Source of the DNA: Octopus vulgaris
Taxonomy: Eukaryota
Reading direction: 5' to 3'
DNA length: 64,000 nucleotides
NCBI GenBank assembly: GCA_951406725.2
Contig: OX597819.1
Span: 68,820,001 to 68,884,000, forward strand
The notes beneath the pieces are model-generated. The model was not told the origin of the DNA, ran no database searches, and saw only the letters and a list, made by a program, of their open reading frames with translations. Made by a program: the position numbers and the translations under genes. Position 1 is the first letter of the stretch. Every line of letters starts with the position of its first letter. Below, piece by piece: positions 12,502 through 24,974 of this stretch.

Positions 12502-12809
12502 CGAATCCAAAACACATTCTAAGTGTAATTGATTAGCAAATATCTCTCGACATTTGGGAATTAATTGTAGAGAATTTGTTTAGCGCTACTTACCAATGTT
12601 AAGCTCTTTTAATCGTGTTTCTTGAATTTCTAGAAATGTCTTTTCAAAACCAGGGCTTATTTTTCACTCCCAGTAGATAAACGCTTCCTTCACTTCTGTA
12701 ATCAATATTCGTGATAGCTGAGCTGCAAACTCCAACGATCTACTTTTGCTATTTAACATTAGTAAACTATGCCACAAAAGTGCTCTTCGATGGTTTCACT
12801 AGAAATAAC

Positions 12810-14037
12810 GGATCTTTTCTGAAAGATGGACAGAATTTTCTAGTTAACTAAACAATTTGAAACTTCGTATACTGGTAGAATGTGTCAAAAGAAAACGTTA
12901 ATTTCAACTAGATTTTTTGAGAAAATTGTATTTTGTAACTTTTACGTAGTTTAATCCTTCGAATTTTAACCAATGAAATCCCAGCATTTGACCTAAATTC
13001 ATTTGCTGCGTCTAAGTAAACAGCACACACATACATACGCACACGTGTTATTCATCCATCACTTCTGTCTTCTGTAGGTGCTAGAAATAACAGCTATATC
13101 TCTTAAATCGATGAATTTCGTCGCCCAATAAAAATATTAACGATATTTTTTGGACTTTCAAAACATGTTCGTATTCGTTCCGCTTTCGCAGGACATCAAT
13201 TTGTTTTGCGGTTTCCACGCATTGAATTGTTATTTCCCATAAAGTCATGCCTAACGCACCACTTACATACTTCACACGCACACACATACACAACAATAAC
13301 ACACACACGCACACGCACACACATACACAACAAAAACACACACGCACACACATACACAACAAAAACACACACACACAGGTACCCATGTTTATTTCAATGT
13401 CATCCCTGACTTACGGCACGATTACCTGTGTGTGTGTGTTTTTGTTGTGTATGTGTGTGCGTGTGTGTGTTTGTTGTGTGTGTATGTGTGTGTTATTGTT
13501 GTGTATGTGTGTGTGTTTGTTGTGTATGTGTACATGTGTGTGTGTGTGTTTTGTTGTGTATGTGTGTGCGTGTGAAGTATGTAAGTGGTGCGTTAGGCAT
13601 GACTTTATAGGAAATAACAAGACAATGCGTGGAAACCGAAAAAAAAATTGATGTCCTGCGAAAGCGGAACGAATACGAACATGTTTTAAAAGTCAAAAAA
13701 ATATCGTTAGTATTTTTATTGGGCGACGAAATTTATCGATTTAAGAGATATAGCTGTTATTTCTAGCACCTACAGAAGACAGAAATGATGGATGAATAAC
13801 ACGTGTGCGTGTGTATGTGTGTGCTGTTTACTTAGACGCAGCAAATGAATTTATGTCAAATGCTGGGATTTCATTGGTCAAAATTCGAAGAATTAAACTA
13901 CGTAAAAGTTACAAAATACAATTTTCTCAAAAAATCTAGTTGAAATTAATGTTTTCTTTTGACACATTCTACCAGTATACGAAGTTTCAAATTGTTTAGT
14001 TAACTAGAAAATTCTGTCCATCTTTTAGAAAAGATCC
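12810..14037. mobile_element. Foldback / long-TIR non-autonomous DNA transposon (Mutator-like), 1228 bp
   Basis: Arms 12810-13381 and 13423-14037 are near-perfect reverse complements (GGATCTTTTCT...AGAAAAGATCC) with a ~41-bp spacer. The 8-bp direct repeat GAAATAAC lies at 12802-12809 and 14038-14045. Confidence 0.9.
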
Positions 14038-14131
14038 GAAATAACAGTTGATTTGAAATTGTGTTGACTAACTCACGATAATAAACCCCACCACGTCTAT
14101 CGGATTATAAACCACACCTCTGTCTTAAAAC

Positions 14132-14199
<68 letters not shown>

Positions 14200-14219
14200 G
14201 TGTATATATACATATATAT

Positions 14220-14545
14220 CTCGATAGGTGAATGAATTATCCTATGTTTACCGTCAACATGGAAAATTCGATGAACCGATACCAGGGTAGAAAATTCACG
14301 TCAGAAACACGGTTGAAGCAAAATATCTAAAGGTAGAAACTCCGGGTTCATGTGCAGAAATGTGTGTGTTATATATGGATAAATAAATAAATGGAGTTGA
14401 ACGAAGATGTTAACAAAATTCCTTTACTCGCGACATATGTTGCGAAGATAACATGGTTTTATTCCAAAGGAATAAACGGTGTAAGATGCAATCTTCTCAT
14501 CAGGAAAGAAAGGAAGCCTCTCTCAACAACAAGACATATGGTTCG
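14220..14545 (-). mobile_element. Short hammerhead element (family of 38551-38921), HHR at 14419-14515 with GAAA mutated to GCAA
   Basis: Minus strand: ttcctttctttc CTGATGA gaagat..atcttc GCAA catatg TC gcgagtaaaggaa. It shares atcttcgttca, caaccgtg, ggtatcggtt and gataattcatt with 38735-38915. Confidence 0.7.
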
Positions 14546-14683
14546 GAATCAAATATACATATAGGTACTGCCTGTGTATATTTTCTTCTAATACTTTCTA
14601 ATGCTTTCGAATAAATATGCAAACTGGAATGTCTATCGGATGACGTATGTCGTTTTGTATCCTCTTCATTTTCTTATTTATCG

Positions 14684-14756
<73 letters not shown>

Positions 14757-14769
14757 TGTCCGTGTATCT

Positions 14770-14922
14770 ATACGACAGGCATCTTCCAGTTTCCGACCAA
14801 ATCCACTCAAAAGGCTTTGTTCGGCTGTGGCTAAAGTAGAAGACACTTGCTCAAGGTGCCACTTAGTAGGACTGAACCTGGAACTATGTGCTTGGGAAGC
14901 AAGCGTCTTACCACACAACTCC
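14770..14922 (-). mobile_element. SINE family A, 5' half
   Basis: ccaaatccactca, tagaagacacttgctcaaggtgcc, gggaagcaagc..ttaccacac. Confidence 0.75.
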
Positions 14923-16778
14923 TTACATTTCTTAACGTTCTAATTTGAAACAAGCCACCAGGTTCAATTATAATTTCCTCCCCTTTCCTAGGTTAATAAA
15001 AATAATATAACAGGCAAATAATGAGATCGATGTAATCGACTATTTCTTTCTGTTTCTCTTAGTCTCTCTTTCTCTCTCTCTTCAATTTGACTTCGTGTGG
15101 CTATGTTAGAAATCAATATTACAGTAAGCAGAGTATGCCATAGAATTCTTGCATTGTGATATTAGAAAGAAAGATTTTAATTTGAAAAGCAAGAAATATT
15201 TTCCAGCGTCTTTACTGCATTTCGTCAGGCACTGTATTCATAGAGTTACAAGGTGAATTGCTTCTATCTAGTTGTAATGGACACTTTCACCGAAGCTACA
15301 TGAACTATTTCTGGTGAAATGTTATTATACAAGAAGAAATAACTATTCCTGTAAGAAAAAAAAGAAACTTTGTTCAGGTGTTTAATCAAAATTCTTATAC
15401 TTTCACGAGGATACAATCAGAACATTTTCTTTTCAAATTATTAATGTTTAATATCAATAACACGGGTTTTGCAAATGTTTTTAAGAAATATCTCTATGAA
15501 ACTATACAACTGCTTGACAAATGAAAGTGTAAAGGCAGTATCCTTGAAGCATTGACTTCTATCATGTTCAATTGTGCGATTCATATTACAGCAGGGATTC
15601 CATACTAGTTACAATATCCAGAAACCTACACTAATCCACTACACCAACTCTATTTTGAAATATACCGATCTTTCAATGTTAAAAGAAAATCTATATTGAT
15701 ATGGAAAGAAAAAGTTAGTTTTCGAGTGTCTATTTAGAAGTATCTTGGAATAAGTGAATTAAATTTACCTCATTCGAAGTACATACTGTATTACATCATT
15801 AACAAAAGAATCTACAACACTTGTGATCCCTTGGGTTTGATTTACTAAATAGAGACACATAAGACAAAAGGACACATTTGCCCGCTTAATAACGAAACAA
15901 TTGTTTATGGTGGAATACACTACTCTGAAACCAGCCAAGACATAAGCGGTGCTTTTAAACTGGGTGGCCGAAAAGAGCTGTCACCTACAATATGTTGCAA
16001 TGCATTCTACGGTCGCTCAGACACTTTCCCACGATTCTGTTCCACCGACAAGGCAAAGGTCGATTCGAAACTACGCAAAATATTCTTTTATACGGTGCCG
16101 TAATAACGTTGTCTTGCAACCAAATCCAAAAACTTAATTGTGAATCAAAATTTGAAATTGCATGCTTGTACTTTCGCCTTTTACAATAAATTTAACTCTA
16201 GATCACTCGGAGAAACCAAACAACTTGTAGAGCACAGACATCAAAACACAGAAGGATTCAGCACAGTAGCCCTGATTACATTACGAGTAACATCGAACAC
16301 AGAAAACGTTTCATACGTGAAGTTGCAGTTACTAAAGACATGATCATTAAAAGCAAAGAAGTAGAAAAGATCTCAAAGTGCAGCAAATTAAATGTTTATC
16401 TGCTTAAAATACTCAGCAGCAAAGGAGAAATTTGTATATATATGACTGATTTGGTGGTCCCGAGGAGATGATATTAGCTCTTGCTTTATGTTCGATTCAA
16501 ATTCATCAACGGCATTGAAGAGATAAACGATAATTTATCTGTGGATGAAGTTCAGACGAGCAAGCAATATAAAAATAGAAAGGAATTTCCTTTTCTCCAA
16601 AACCACTTTGTTTAGTAATCTACAGGTGTACCTCTTTAAACCATTAGAGGAAAGATGGTTGACAAGACGGCTAGAAGGTTGGATACGATGATTTGGGTTA
16701 CGACTTCCGTCTGATAGGTAGACAGACAGACAGCCATGCAGACAGACAGACACACTGATAGATAGTTAGATACATTGC

Positions 16779-16870
<92 letters not shown>

Positions 16871-16884
16871 CCAGAGTCAGCAAA

Positions 16885-17020
16885 TAAATGTGAAACAAGG
16901 TGGGAGAAACCAGTACTCGAACACCGGAGGTAGAGTTGTAGGCTTTATTATTAAAGTTTCCAAACCATCACAAAAACCTGCTACTCAGAGTTTCGCATTC
17001 CTGTTGTCGGACAGCTGTGA
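16885..17020 (-). mobile_element. Short element of the C4 hammerhead family, degenerate
   Basis: gtgaaacaaggtgg..agtactcgaa..actcagagtttc..gtcggacag is homologous to 38975-39105 and 63430-63578. Confidence 0.7.
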
Positions 17021-17139
17021 TTCAGAATGGAAAAAGAAATAGGTTGCACGTATAATATATTATAATGTAATTCACATTGACAGATGCCTATTTGGATTTC
17101 ATTGGTCGCTTCAATAATCGGCTATGAATATTGAAGTTT

Positions 17140-17390
17140 TAAATGATTACAAATAAAAAGCCATAGATATCGCGTTGTATAAAAATCGCAGGAAACCTTA
17201 AATCTAAGAGAAAACTTAATTTAAAAAGGAAATCATAAACGCCCAGAGTAAATTTGTGTACATCATATATTTTATTTGCCAAATATTAATTTACTCTGGA
17301 CATGAATGTTTTCCTTTTAGAACTAAGAATTAAATTTGCATTCAAGTTTTTCTTCGATTTTATAAAACACGATATGTATGCCATTTAAAT
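17140..17390. repeat. Old imperfect inverted repeat (MITE-like)
   Basis: atatcgcgttgtataaaaatcg / cgattttataaaacacgatat and ccagagtaaatt / aatttactctgg. Confidence 0.5.
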
Positions 17391-17569
17391 TTTAGTCTTT
17401 TTTTTATTTATACTCAGCGCTTCTTCAAAAAGTCGTTGTTGAAATGACCAATGGAATTCAAATGCGTGTCTGTCAGTGTGAATTACATTATAATATATTA
17501 TACGTGGAACCTATTTCTTGTTTCATTCTGAATCACAACTGTGCACCAAACGGGAATGTGAAAATCTGA

Positions 17570-17882
17570 GTAGGAGTCTTTTTCTGACGTTTTGGCAGCT
17601 TTAATAATAGTCGAAAGACGCCTGTTGTTATTATTATTATTATTGTTTTTTTTTGTATTATTTTTGTATTTATATTCGTGTAACATCGTCCGTTTTTTTT
17701 TTAAAATTTGTTTCGTATACATTCGATCCTTTTTCCAAGGAATCTAATACTCTTAGGTTAGTTTTTCCTTGGGGCTGGCCAGATTGGAGAAATCTCAAGA
17801 TGAATCAGCCGAAATTGCAAGGATAATCCGTCCGTGTTTTTGTATCGTCTATCTGGATGTCTTGCGTTCTTGTCCCATTTCG

Positions 17883-17890
<8 letters not shown>
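17570..17890 (+). mobile_element. Unclassified interspersed repeat family X (also 11425-11755, 31310-31745, 48785-49250)
   Basis: Shared ccaaggaatctaat, ttccttggggctggccagatt, aatcagccgaaattgc and ttcttgtcccattt, ending against (TA)n. Confidence 0.75.
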
Positions 17891-17952
<62 letters not shown>

Positions 17953-18228
17953 ATATTTGTAATTCTTTAAGATGGGTGGTGTTGACAATGTTTTAAGCAG
18001 GTTCTCCGACAACGCTATTCATATATATTTATATTAAAACATATTAAAGAATAATACACAACAGCACGCACACAGAGACACACGTACTCACATACGCGCA
18101 CGCACACATTCACACGCACACACCCATATATAACCAAAAGACCACATATTTCCTTGATTGTATTTCTCCTGAGTAGAAGCTACCGCAATATAACAGTTAT
18201 TTAAACTTTCTGTATTGTAAGAATCTGA

Positions 18229-18560
18229 AGGCGTATGGCTCAGTGGTTAGGGCGTCGAGCTTACGATCGGGAGGTTGTGAGCTCGAATCTCGGACCGGGC
18301 TGTGAGTTGTGTTCTTGAGCAAGACACTTTCTTTCACGTAGCTCCAGTTCAGTCAGTAGAAATAAGTTGCGACGTCACAGGTGCCAAGCTCTATCGGCCC
18401 CTTTGGCTTTCTCTTGGATAACACTGGTGGCGTAGAGAGGGGCGACCCGTATGCATGGGTGACTGCTGGGTTTCCATAAACAACCTTGCCCGGACATGTG
18501 CCTGTGAGGGTAACTTTCTAGGTGCAATCCCATGGTCTGCCTCGTGATCGAAGGGGGTTT
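18229..18560 (+). mobile_element. tRNA-derived SINE family C (CORE-like segment), full length
   Basis: A box tggctcagtgg, B box gctcgaatc, gtgttcttgagcaagacacttt. A second copy lies at 19034-19337. Confidence 0.8.
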
Positions 18561-19033
18561 CAGATTGTAAGAACGATAACTTTCCGATCTGACCGGGTTG
18601 AGAAATGTTGAGAGATAGGCTTGTACATGAAAACTTAAACTTAACCTAAAAATAACACAAAAAAACATTTACCCACCAGTGCAGGATGATCACCTCTTCA
18701 CACAGTTCCATATATACACACGCGTATACATACCCATTTATGTACATCTATGTTGTATCCATATCTGTGTATGTACATGTGTGCGGAGAGCGATCGATAG
18801 TGAGGCGGATACAAATAAAAGGTGAATTACGAAAAAACATGCAATGAGAGAGAGAAAAACAATGGGAAAGCTTCCTATAAGTGCGTAATCTATCCTTTCC
18901 CTAGCTGTAGTTTACGCTTCGATCACGCTTGGATAATGTCTCCCTGACGAACGCAAGTACACACACAAATACACACACACACACGCACATACACATATGT
19001 ATGTATGCATGTATTTCAAGATATCATAAATAA

Positions 19034-19337
19034 GAGCGATCGTGAGGTTGTGATCTCCAAACCTGGACCGGGCTGCGTGTTGTGTTCTTGAGGAAGACAC
19101 TTTATTTCACGTTGCTTCAGTTCACTCAGCTGTAGAAATGAGTTGCGACGTCACGGGTTCCAAGCTGTATCGGACCCTTTGCCTTTCTCTTGTATAACAC
19201 TGGTGGTGTGGAGAGGGGTGGCCAGTATGCATGGGCGACTGCTGGTCTTCCATAAACAACCTTGCCCGGATTTGTGCCTGGGAGGGTAACTTTCTCGGTG
19301 CAATCCCATGGTCTGTGTCGTGACCGATGGGGTCTCA
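19034..19337 (+). mobile_element. SINE family C, 5'-truncated copy
   Basis: Colinear with 18265-18560. Confidence 0.8.
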
Positions 19338-19339
19338 TA

Positions 19340-19384
<45 letters not shown>

Positions 19385-19514
19385 AGAATAATAGATCTCA
19401 TTTGTATTTTTGGATTCGCTAGTACTGGGTGTCCAGCATAGTTTGTCCGATGTTACAGATATCGGATGGGTATGTTTGGTTCTTAGTATTTTCAAATCCA
19501 AATCAGAAGAAATC

Positions 19515-19576
19515 TCTGAGCTGATGAAGGAAAAGTGGCGTTTAACCCACGAATCCAGAAACAGGCTGTTCTCGGG
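19515..19576 (+). ncRNA. Type-I hammerhead ribozyme, intact core, inside a TA-flanked element (19381-19768)
   Basis: TCTGAG [CTGATGA] a GGA aaa GTGG cgtttaac CCAC gaa TCC a [GAAA] CAG g CTG [TT] CTCGGG, with a GUU triplet. Confidence 0.8.
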
Positions 19577-19763
19577 TATCTTATATGGATGTGATCTTTC
19601 ATTGTTTTTCCCTTATACCTATGTGAGTTATTTTCTGAGTATGCATTGTCTGGAGACTTTTACTTGCAGTTGAAGAAATAGCCAAAGTTTTGGCTGCTAT
19701 TTCTGAAAAGTTCGGTGTGCGGTAAAGTGAATTTTTTTACTTTACCATATTTTTATAAATTAA

Positions 19764-19850
<87 letters not shown>

Positions 19851-20838
19851 CGTGTGTATACATATGTATTCAGAGAGAAATAGGCAGACACAGACATACG
19901 ACAATGACAAACAGACAGACAGACAAACGGAAAAAGAGTGTTTGAAGGAAAGCCAGAGTAACAAAGAGAAAGAAAAAAGAAGATAAATGCTGCGTAGGGG
20001 AGACTTAATGTGTCCATGAATACACATCCATTAACGCAGACCTTTATAGACAACGTTAATTTTAATTAGAATCCGATCAGCATTTCCGATACTCACATTC
20101 TCCATATAGGGAACACCTCGTCGCTACTTATCTGGTCTCACACAGAACGACGGTGTTGATCGCCACTATTAAAATGTTCGCCAAGAATGCTCAGTTTCTC
20201 AAACACCATTTCCACCCCTCACCCCCACCCCCACCCACATAATCACACAACCAACATCTCCCTATCCGCCCTGCCCCACCCCACCCCCATTCATTTTCAG
20301 TCAGTGTGTTTCTCTTTCTAAATCTTCGCAATTGACTATAAAATCATCGAGTATTGTAAATATTCTGATTCAGTTGTTGTGTCAATGGCGCCAACCAATT
20401 ACTCGGACGAAATTAATCATTCTCTTATTTCGAATCACTTCCGATGTTTGCTTCTTGCGCTGGAATCGTACTGACAATAGAGTTTTTGTCCAATACTATA
20501 AACTTGAATACTTCTTACCTCCGGTCATTTAAATTCTCAGCATGTGATTGTGCGTGAATATATGTATGCATATATTTCTGTATTTATTATGTACATTACT
20601 ATGTATACGTATATGTATACACACAGATATATACAAAATAAATATGTATGTATATATGCACATATATATGCGTGTGGGTTTTAATGTATATCTATGATTG
20701 TATGCCACTGTCTATATGTGTACTCGTGTTGCTTCTAGTTATAAATTGGCTATTTACCTGGGTATATGGGAAAGTGTTATCTGCTGCGTTTTAGGATATA
20801 AGTATATATATATATATGCATATATATAGATATATATT

Positions 20839-20872
<34 letters not shown>

Positions 20873-20914
20873 CTTGTATAAATATATACGCGTATAAATA
20901 AATATATGTACAGG

Positions 20915-21031
<117 letters not shown>

Positions 21032-21756
21032 GACTACATGTACGTTCATACATATTTCCGCATGCATGTAATTGTGTGGTGCCGTAAGTATGTGTATGTA
21101 TAGATTGTTAATGCAAACGATACAACGAGTCAGCAATGAGGCTATTACTAATGATGAATTTCAACCACTTTTGATTAAATGAGTTGGGGCTGGAGGTAAA
21201 AGTAAGACCCTTCAATGTCAAACGCAATTATAATGGAAACTTGATTATCTGCAACAGAAAACGTTGCTGAACTGAATGTATCACAATAAAAGGTTTGTAT
21301 AATTTGTAAGTTCTCATTTAAATTTTATACACGGGGTACATTTCACTTCAAAAATACACACCATCAAGCAACTCCGAAATACGCGATGACCTCACCTTTA
21401 GAAAGTAAACAAGCGAAAGAATCTCCGTAATCGTTTAGTCAGCGATAAAATTGAAGCAAATAGGAGAGAATGTGACTAAAGACCGTGTGTGCTACATCCC
21501 ATGTAGCTATACAAAGGCGAAACATGTCACCCCCTCAAAATATCGGCAGATGAACATCGTGTAGCTGTGGCACGAGCATATATTGATAAATCGGGTATAG
21601 CTGATCATGTACGGGGAAAAGAAGACCCTCCCAAATAATAGACATACAACATCCCTAGGAAATATGAAAACTTAAAAAGCAGCACATATGCTAGGACACA
21701 ACAACCTTCTAAGCAGACCGAGTTCATATATGAGCAGCATATGGGAACCGGTATTA

Positions 21757-23099
21757 AAGAAGATAATAGGTATTAACACTTTAGCTGTCCCTGTTATAAG
21801 TTACAGCTACAATATCCTTAACTGGACACTAAATGAACTGACCAAAATAGATAGGAAAGCAAGAAACGTAATGACAGGATCTATGATGCATCACCCAAAA
21901 TCTGACATAGAAAGAACATATACATACAACGTATAGAAGGTGGTAGAGGCCTTATACAGGTGGAAAACTACTATAAAATAACCACCATAGGACTGCAAAA
22001 ATATCTACTTCAGATGGAAGGAAAACTGATACAAATAGCGGCAAAACACGAGCAAAACAAAAAAACTGTTCACAGTATTTAAGGAAGCTGACAAATACAA
22101 ACAAGAAATCATACCACCTAATAAATATGTAGAAGAAGAAGAAGAAGAAGAAGAAGAAGAAGAAGAAGAAGAAGAAGAAGAAGAAGATAAAGAAACAACA
22201 AAAGCTATAAAACAAATAAAATCTAAACTAAAAATAGAACAGCAACGAATCATGATAAAACGATGGCAAGAAAAGCCCCTTCATGGTAAATACTGCACTA
22301 AACTAAACGCAAAAGAAATAGACAAAGAAAAATCCCAGCAATGGTTGAGAAGCTCAGGACTCAAAGCAGAGACAGAGGGATGTTTAATTGCAGCACAAGA
22401 CCAAAGCCTCCCCACCAGAAATTACCAAAAACATGTAATGAAAAGAAATATAACAAGTAACTGCAGAATATGTGGAGATGGACAAGAAACAATAAATCAT
22501 ATTATCTCTGGCTACCCAGTCCTGGCTAAGAAGGAATATATTCACAGACATGACAGAGTTGGAACCTACATACACAGGAAGCTATGCCAACATTATGGAA
22601 TAACAACAGAAAAAAGATGGTATAGGCACACACCAGAAAAGGTCACAAAAAACGAGAAAGCAACCATACTCTGGGATATGCCGATACACACAGATAGAGA
22701 AATTAAGGCCAACAGACCAGATATAGTTGTCAGAGATGATGAAGAAAAAAAAATGCTTTCTAGTTGATGTATCAATACCGGCAGAGAAACTTTCAAAATA
22801 CAAAGACCTGGAAATAGGGGTAACCAGAATGTGGAATCTAAAAACAGAAACAATTCCTATCATAGTAGGTGCATTAGGCATGATAAAAAAATATTCAGAC
22901 AAATACATAACAAAAACACCAGGACTTACAAACGCATATAACATACAAAAAATTGCACTACTAGGCACTGCACACATCCTACGCAGAACACTTTCCATAC
23001 AATAACCATCAGAGCATCACAACAAATCACAGCACATACTCAAGGCACACAGAGCTGCGCTCGGTAGTGAAGTGAAAGCACGCTATAAAAATATATCTA

Positions 23100-23102
<3 letters not shown>
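21757..23102 (+). mobile_element. 5'-truncated R4/Dong-clade non-LTR retrotransposon (end of RT, CCHC finger, restriction-like endonuclease), frameshifted
   Basis: INTLAVPVISYS..HPKSD..EGGRGL; WQEKPLHG; AAQDQSL; CRICG..ETINHIISG; HRHD; ILWD..NRPDIVV..DVSIP..KYKDL..PIIVGALG..LLGTAHILRRTL*. It is followed directly by (AAT)n. Confidence 0.9.
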
Positions 23103-23170
<68 letters not shown>

Positions 23171-23249
23171 TAATAATAACAACAACAACAACAGCAATAA
23201 TAATACTAATAACAACAACAACAACAACAACTACAACAACAACAACAAC

Positions 23250-23310
<61 letters not shown>

Positions 23311-23313
23311 GTA
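23103..23313. repeat. (AAT)n/(AAC)n microsatellite, tail or target of the Dong-like element
   Basis: Direct reading. Confidence 0.95.
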
Positions 23314-23366
23314 ATAAGATCGAAAAATACCTTAGGAATGAGACTCCAGGTTAGAAATTTCCCCGA

Positions 23367-23412
23367 GACACCTGATGAAGGCTGGAAGGTATATCAGCCA
23401 AAACGATATGTT
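23367..23412 (+). ncRNA. Decayed type-I hammerhead motif upstream of the PLE RT relic
   Basis: gacac CTGATGA a GGCTG gaaggtatat CAGCC AAAA cg at atgtt. GAAA is mutated to AAAA and the cleavage triplet is altered. Confidence 0.6.
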
Positions 23413-23619
23413 AACGGCAAAGAAGATACGGACAAATATCCATCAAATATAAGTAATATAAATAATGAAAATAAAATCTAGCTTCAGTAGACTGGAATGG
23501 ACCTACGTAAGTAATTTACAAATTTACAAAAAGGGGTTCAGTCATAAATTCAGATTATTATAACCATTTTTGAGTTGGATATTCGATACGATCATGTTTA
23601 TTTTGTTGTAACTAGAAAT

Positions 23620-24900
23620 TACAAATGTACGAAAATAATGACGGTACATACCGTCCTACTAGATGGAACAAAAGATATTTAACTGATACTCAACTGGATT
23701 ACGATACAAAGAATTCAAATACAGATCAAGTAACTTTTATGAACTGCATCAAACTACATAAGAATAAGCTAATTTATGAAAGACACGAAAGAGCAACAAA
23801 TAATTTTGTGAATATCCCACCACCACCACCGCCACCACCAGATCAAAAAATGGGACCCACTGTAGCAGGCCTGTCGTGCGAAACACATTCCTTAAGTAAT
23901 TTTGTATACGTTCTACTAAAGGCTCTCGTAAGGAACGTAATGAATTTTATATGAGATGATTTGTATATAGAGAACTACCTACGTAACTCAATAAACGAAA
24001 ACACCTTTATCGTTATATTTGATGTTGCGAATCTATACAGTAATATCCCTCACAGTTATGGAATTTATGGATTATTGGCTAAACTAATGTTCTCATGTAA
24101 CACCTGAATGCATACATAAAAATTATTGAAGACTGCATCGAATTCATTTTAGAGAAACACTTACTCAGACTATCGAAAAATGTTCTGAAAGGTTATATGG
24201 AAAAATAGTTACCCTGAAAATTCCAAATTGTTCATGGTATACAATGAAATGTAATTCCATTATAAATCCTTTTAATTTTAATAGAAAATTACTCAGCCAT
24301 CCTTTTGAAAGAAAACTCGAAGTAGATACTTTTGACAGATTGTTTTTTACAATTCAAAAATTATATAAACATCATGAATGCTTACATTCAATTCACCATT
24401 GATTTCAACAACGATAATCTATCCTTCTTAGATATTCTAATAGCTAGAAGAAATGGAAACGGATATATATATTTTAAATGCACCGACTCATGACAATACT
24501 TCCTCTTTACATCATACTACACATAACTCACTCTAAGCAATATTCTATTCACTTTAGCGAAGCGAATATCTACATTTGTAACAATACCTAAAGGAAGGGA
24601 CCGAAGTTGAGGAGTCTTGAGAAATATGATTACCATAAGACAATATTCAATAAAACTGATTGAATTAAGAATGCAGAAAGCGACAAAAATTAACATCGAA
24701 GAAATTTGAAAATCAAGATCCAATAAACATGAAACTACCATTCCATATACTTCAAATTTTAACTAAAAGAATATTCAAAATTTTTAGCAGCATCTGTCTA
24801 AAAATGGCAATGTTATTTCAGGACTACAAATTGTGAAACGTCCTGGAAAAACAACCAATTATTAAAGCAAGAGTCAAAGAAAGACGATATCCACCAATAC
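23620..24900 (+). pseudogene. Decayed Penelope-like element reverse transcriptase
   Basis: PDQKMGPTVAGLSCETHSLSNFVYVLLK (RPIVAG-like); FDVANLYSNIP at 24018-24050; FTIDFNNDNLSFLDIL near 24392-24439; IYFKCTDS*QY; NILFTLAKRISTFV. These are PLE RT motifs in the correct order, with many stops and frameshifts. Confidence 0.8.
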
Positions 24901-24974
24901 AATGTTACACACACTAAACAATAATGTTATTATAGGGAAAGAACAATACTCAAGACAGAGGTGAATGCAAGAAA

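Noticed and set aside
12810-14037. CRISPR-like or other prokaryotic array interpretation of the internal repeats
   Set aside because: The units are CA-microsatellite derived without unique spacers, and the window is clearly eukaryotic
15849-16102. About 80-codon open frame in non-repetitive sequence
   Set aside because: No start codon, no clear splice sites and no recognisable domain
20205-20290. C-run clusters that could form G-quadruplexes on the minus strand
   Set aside because: Low-complexity (CCCCA)n-like tract with no supporting context
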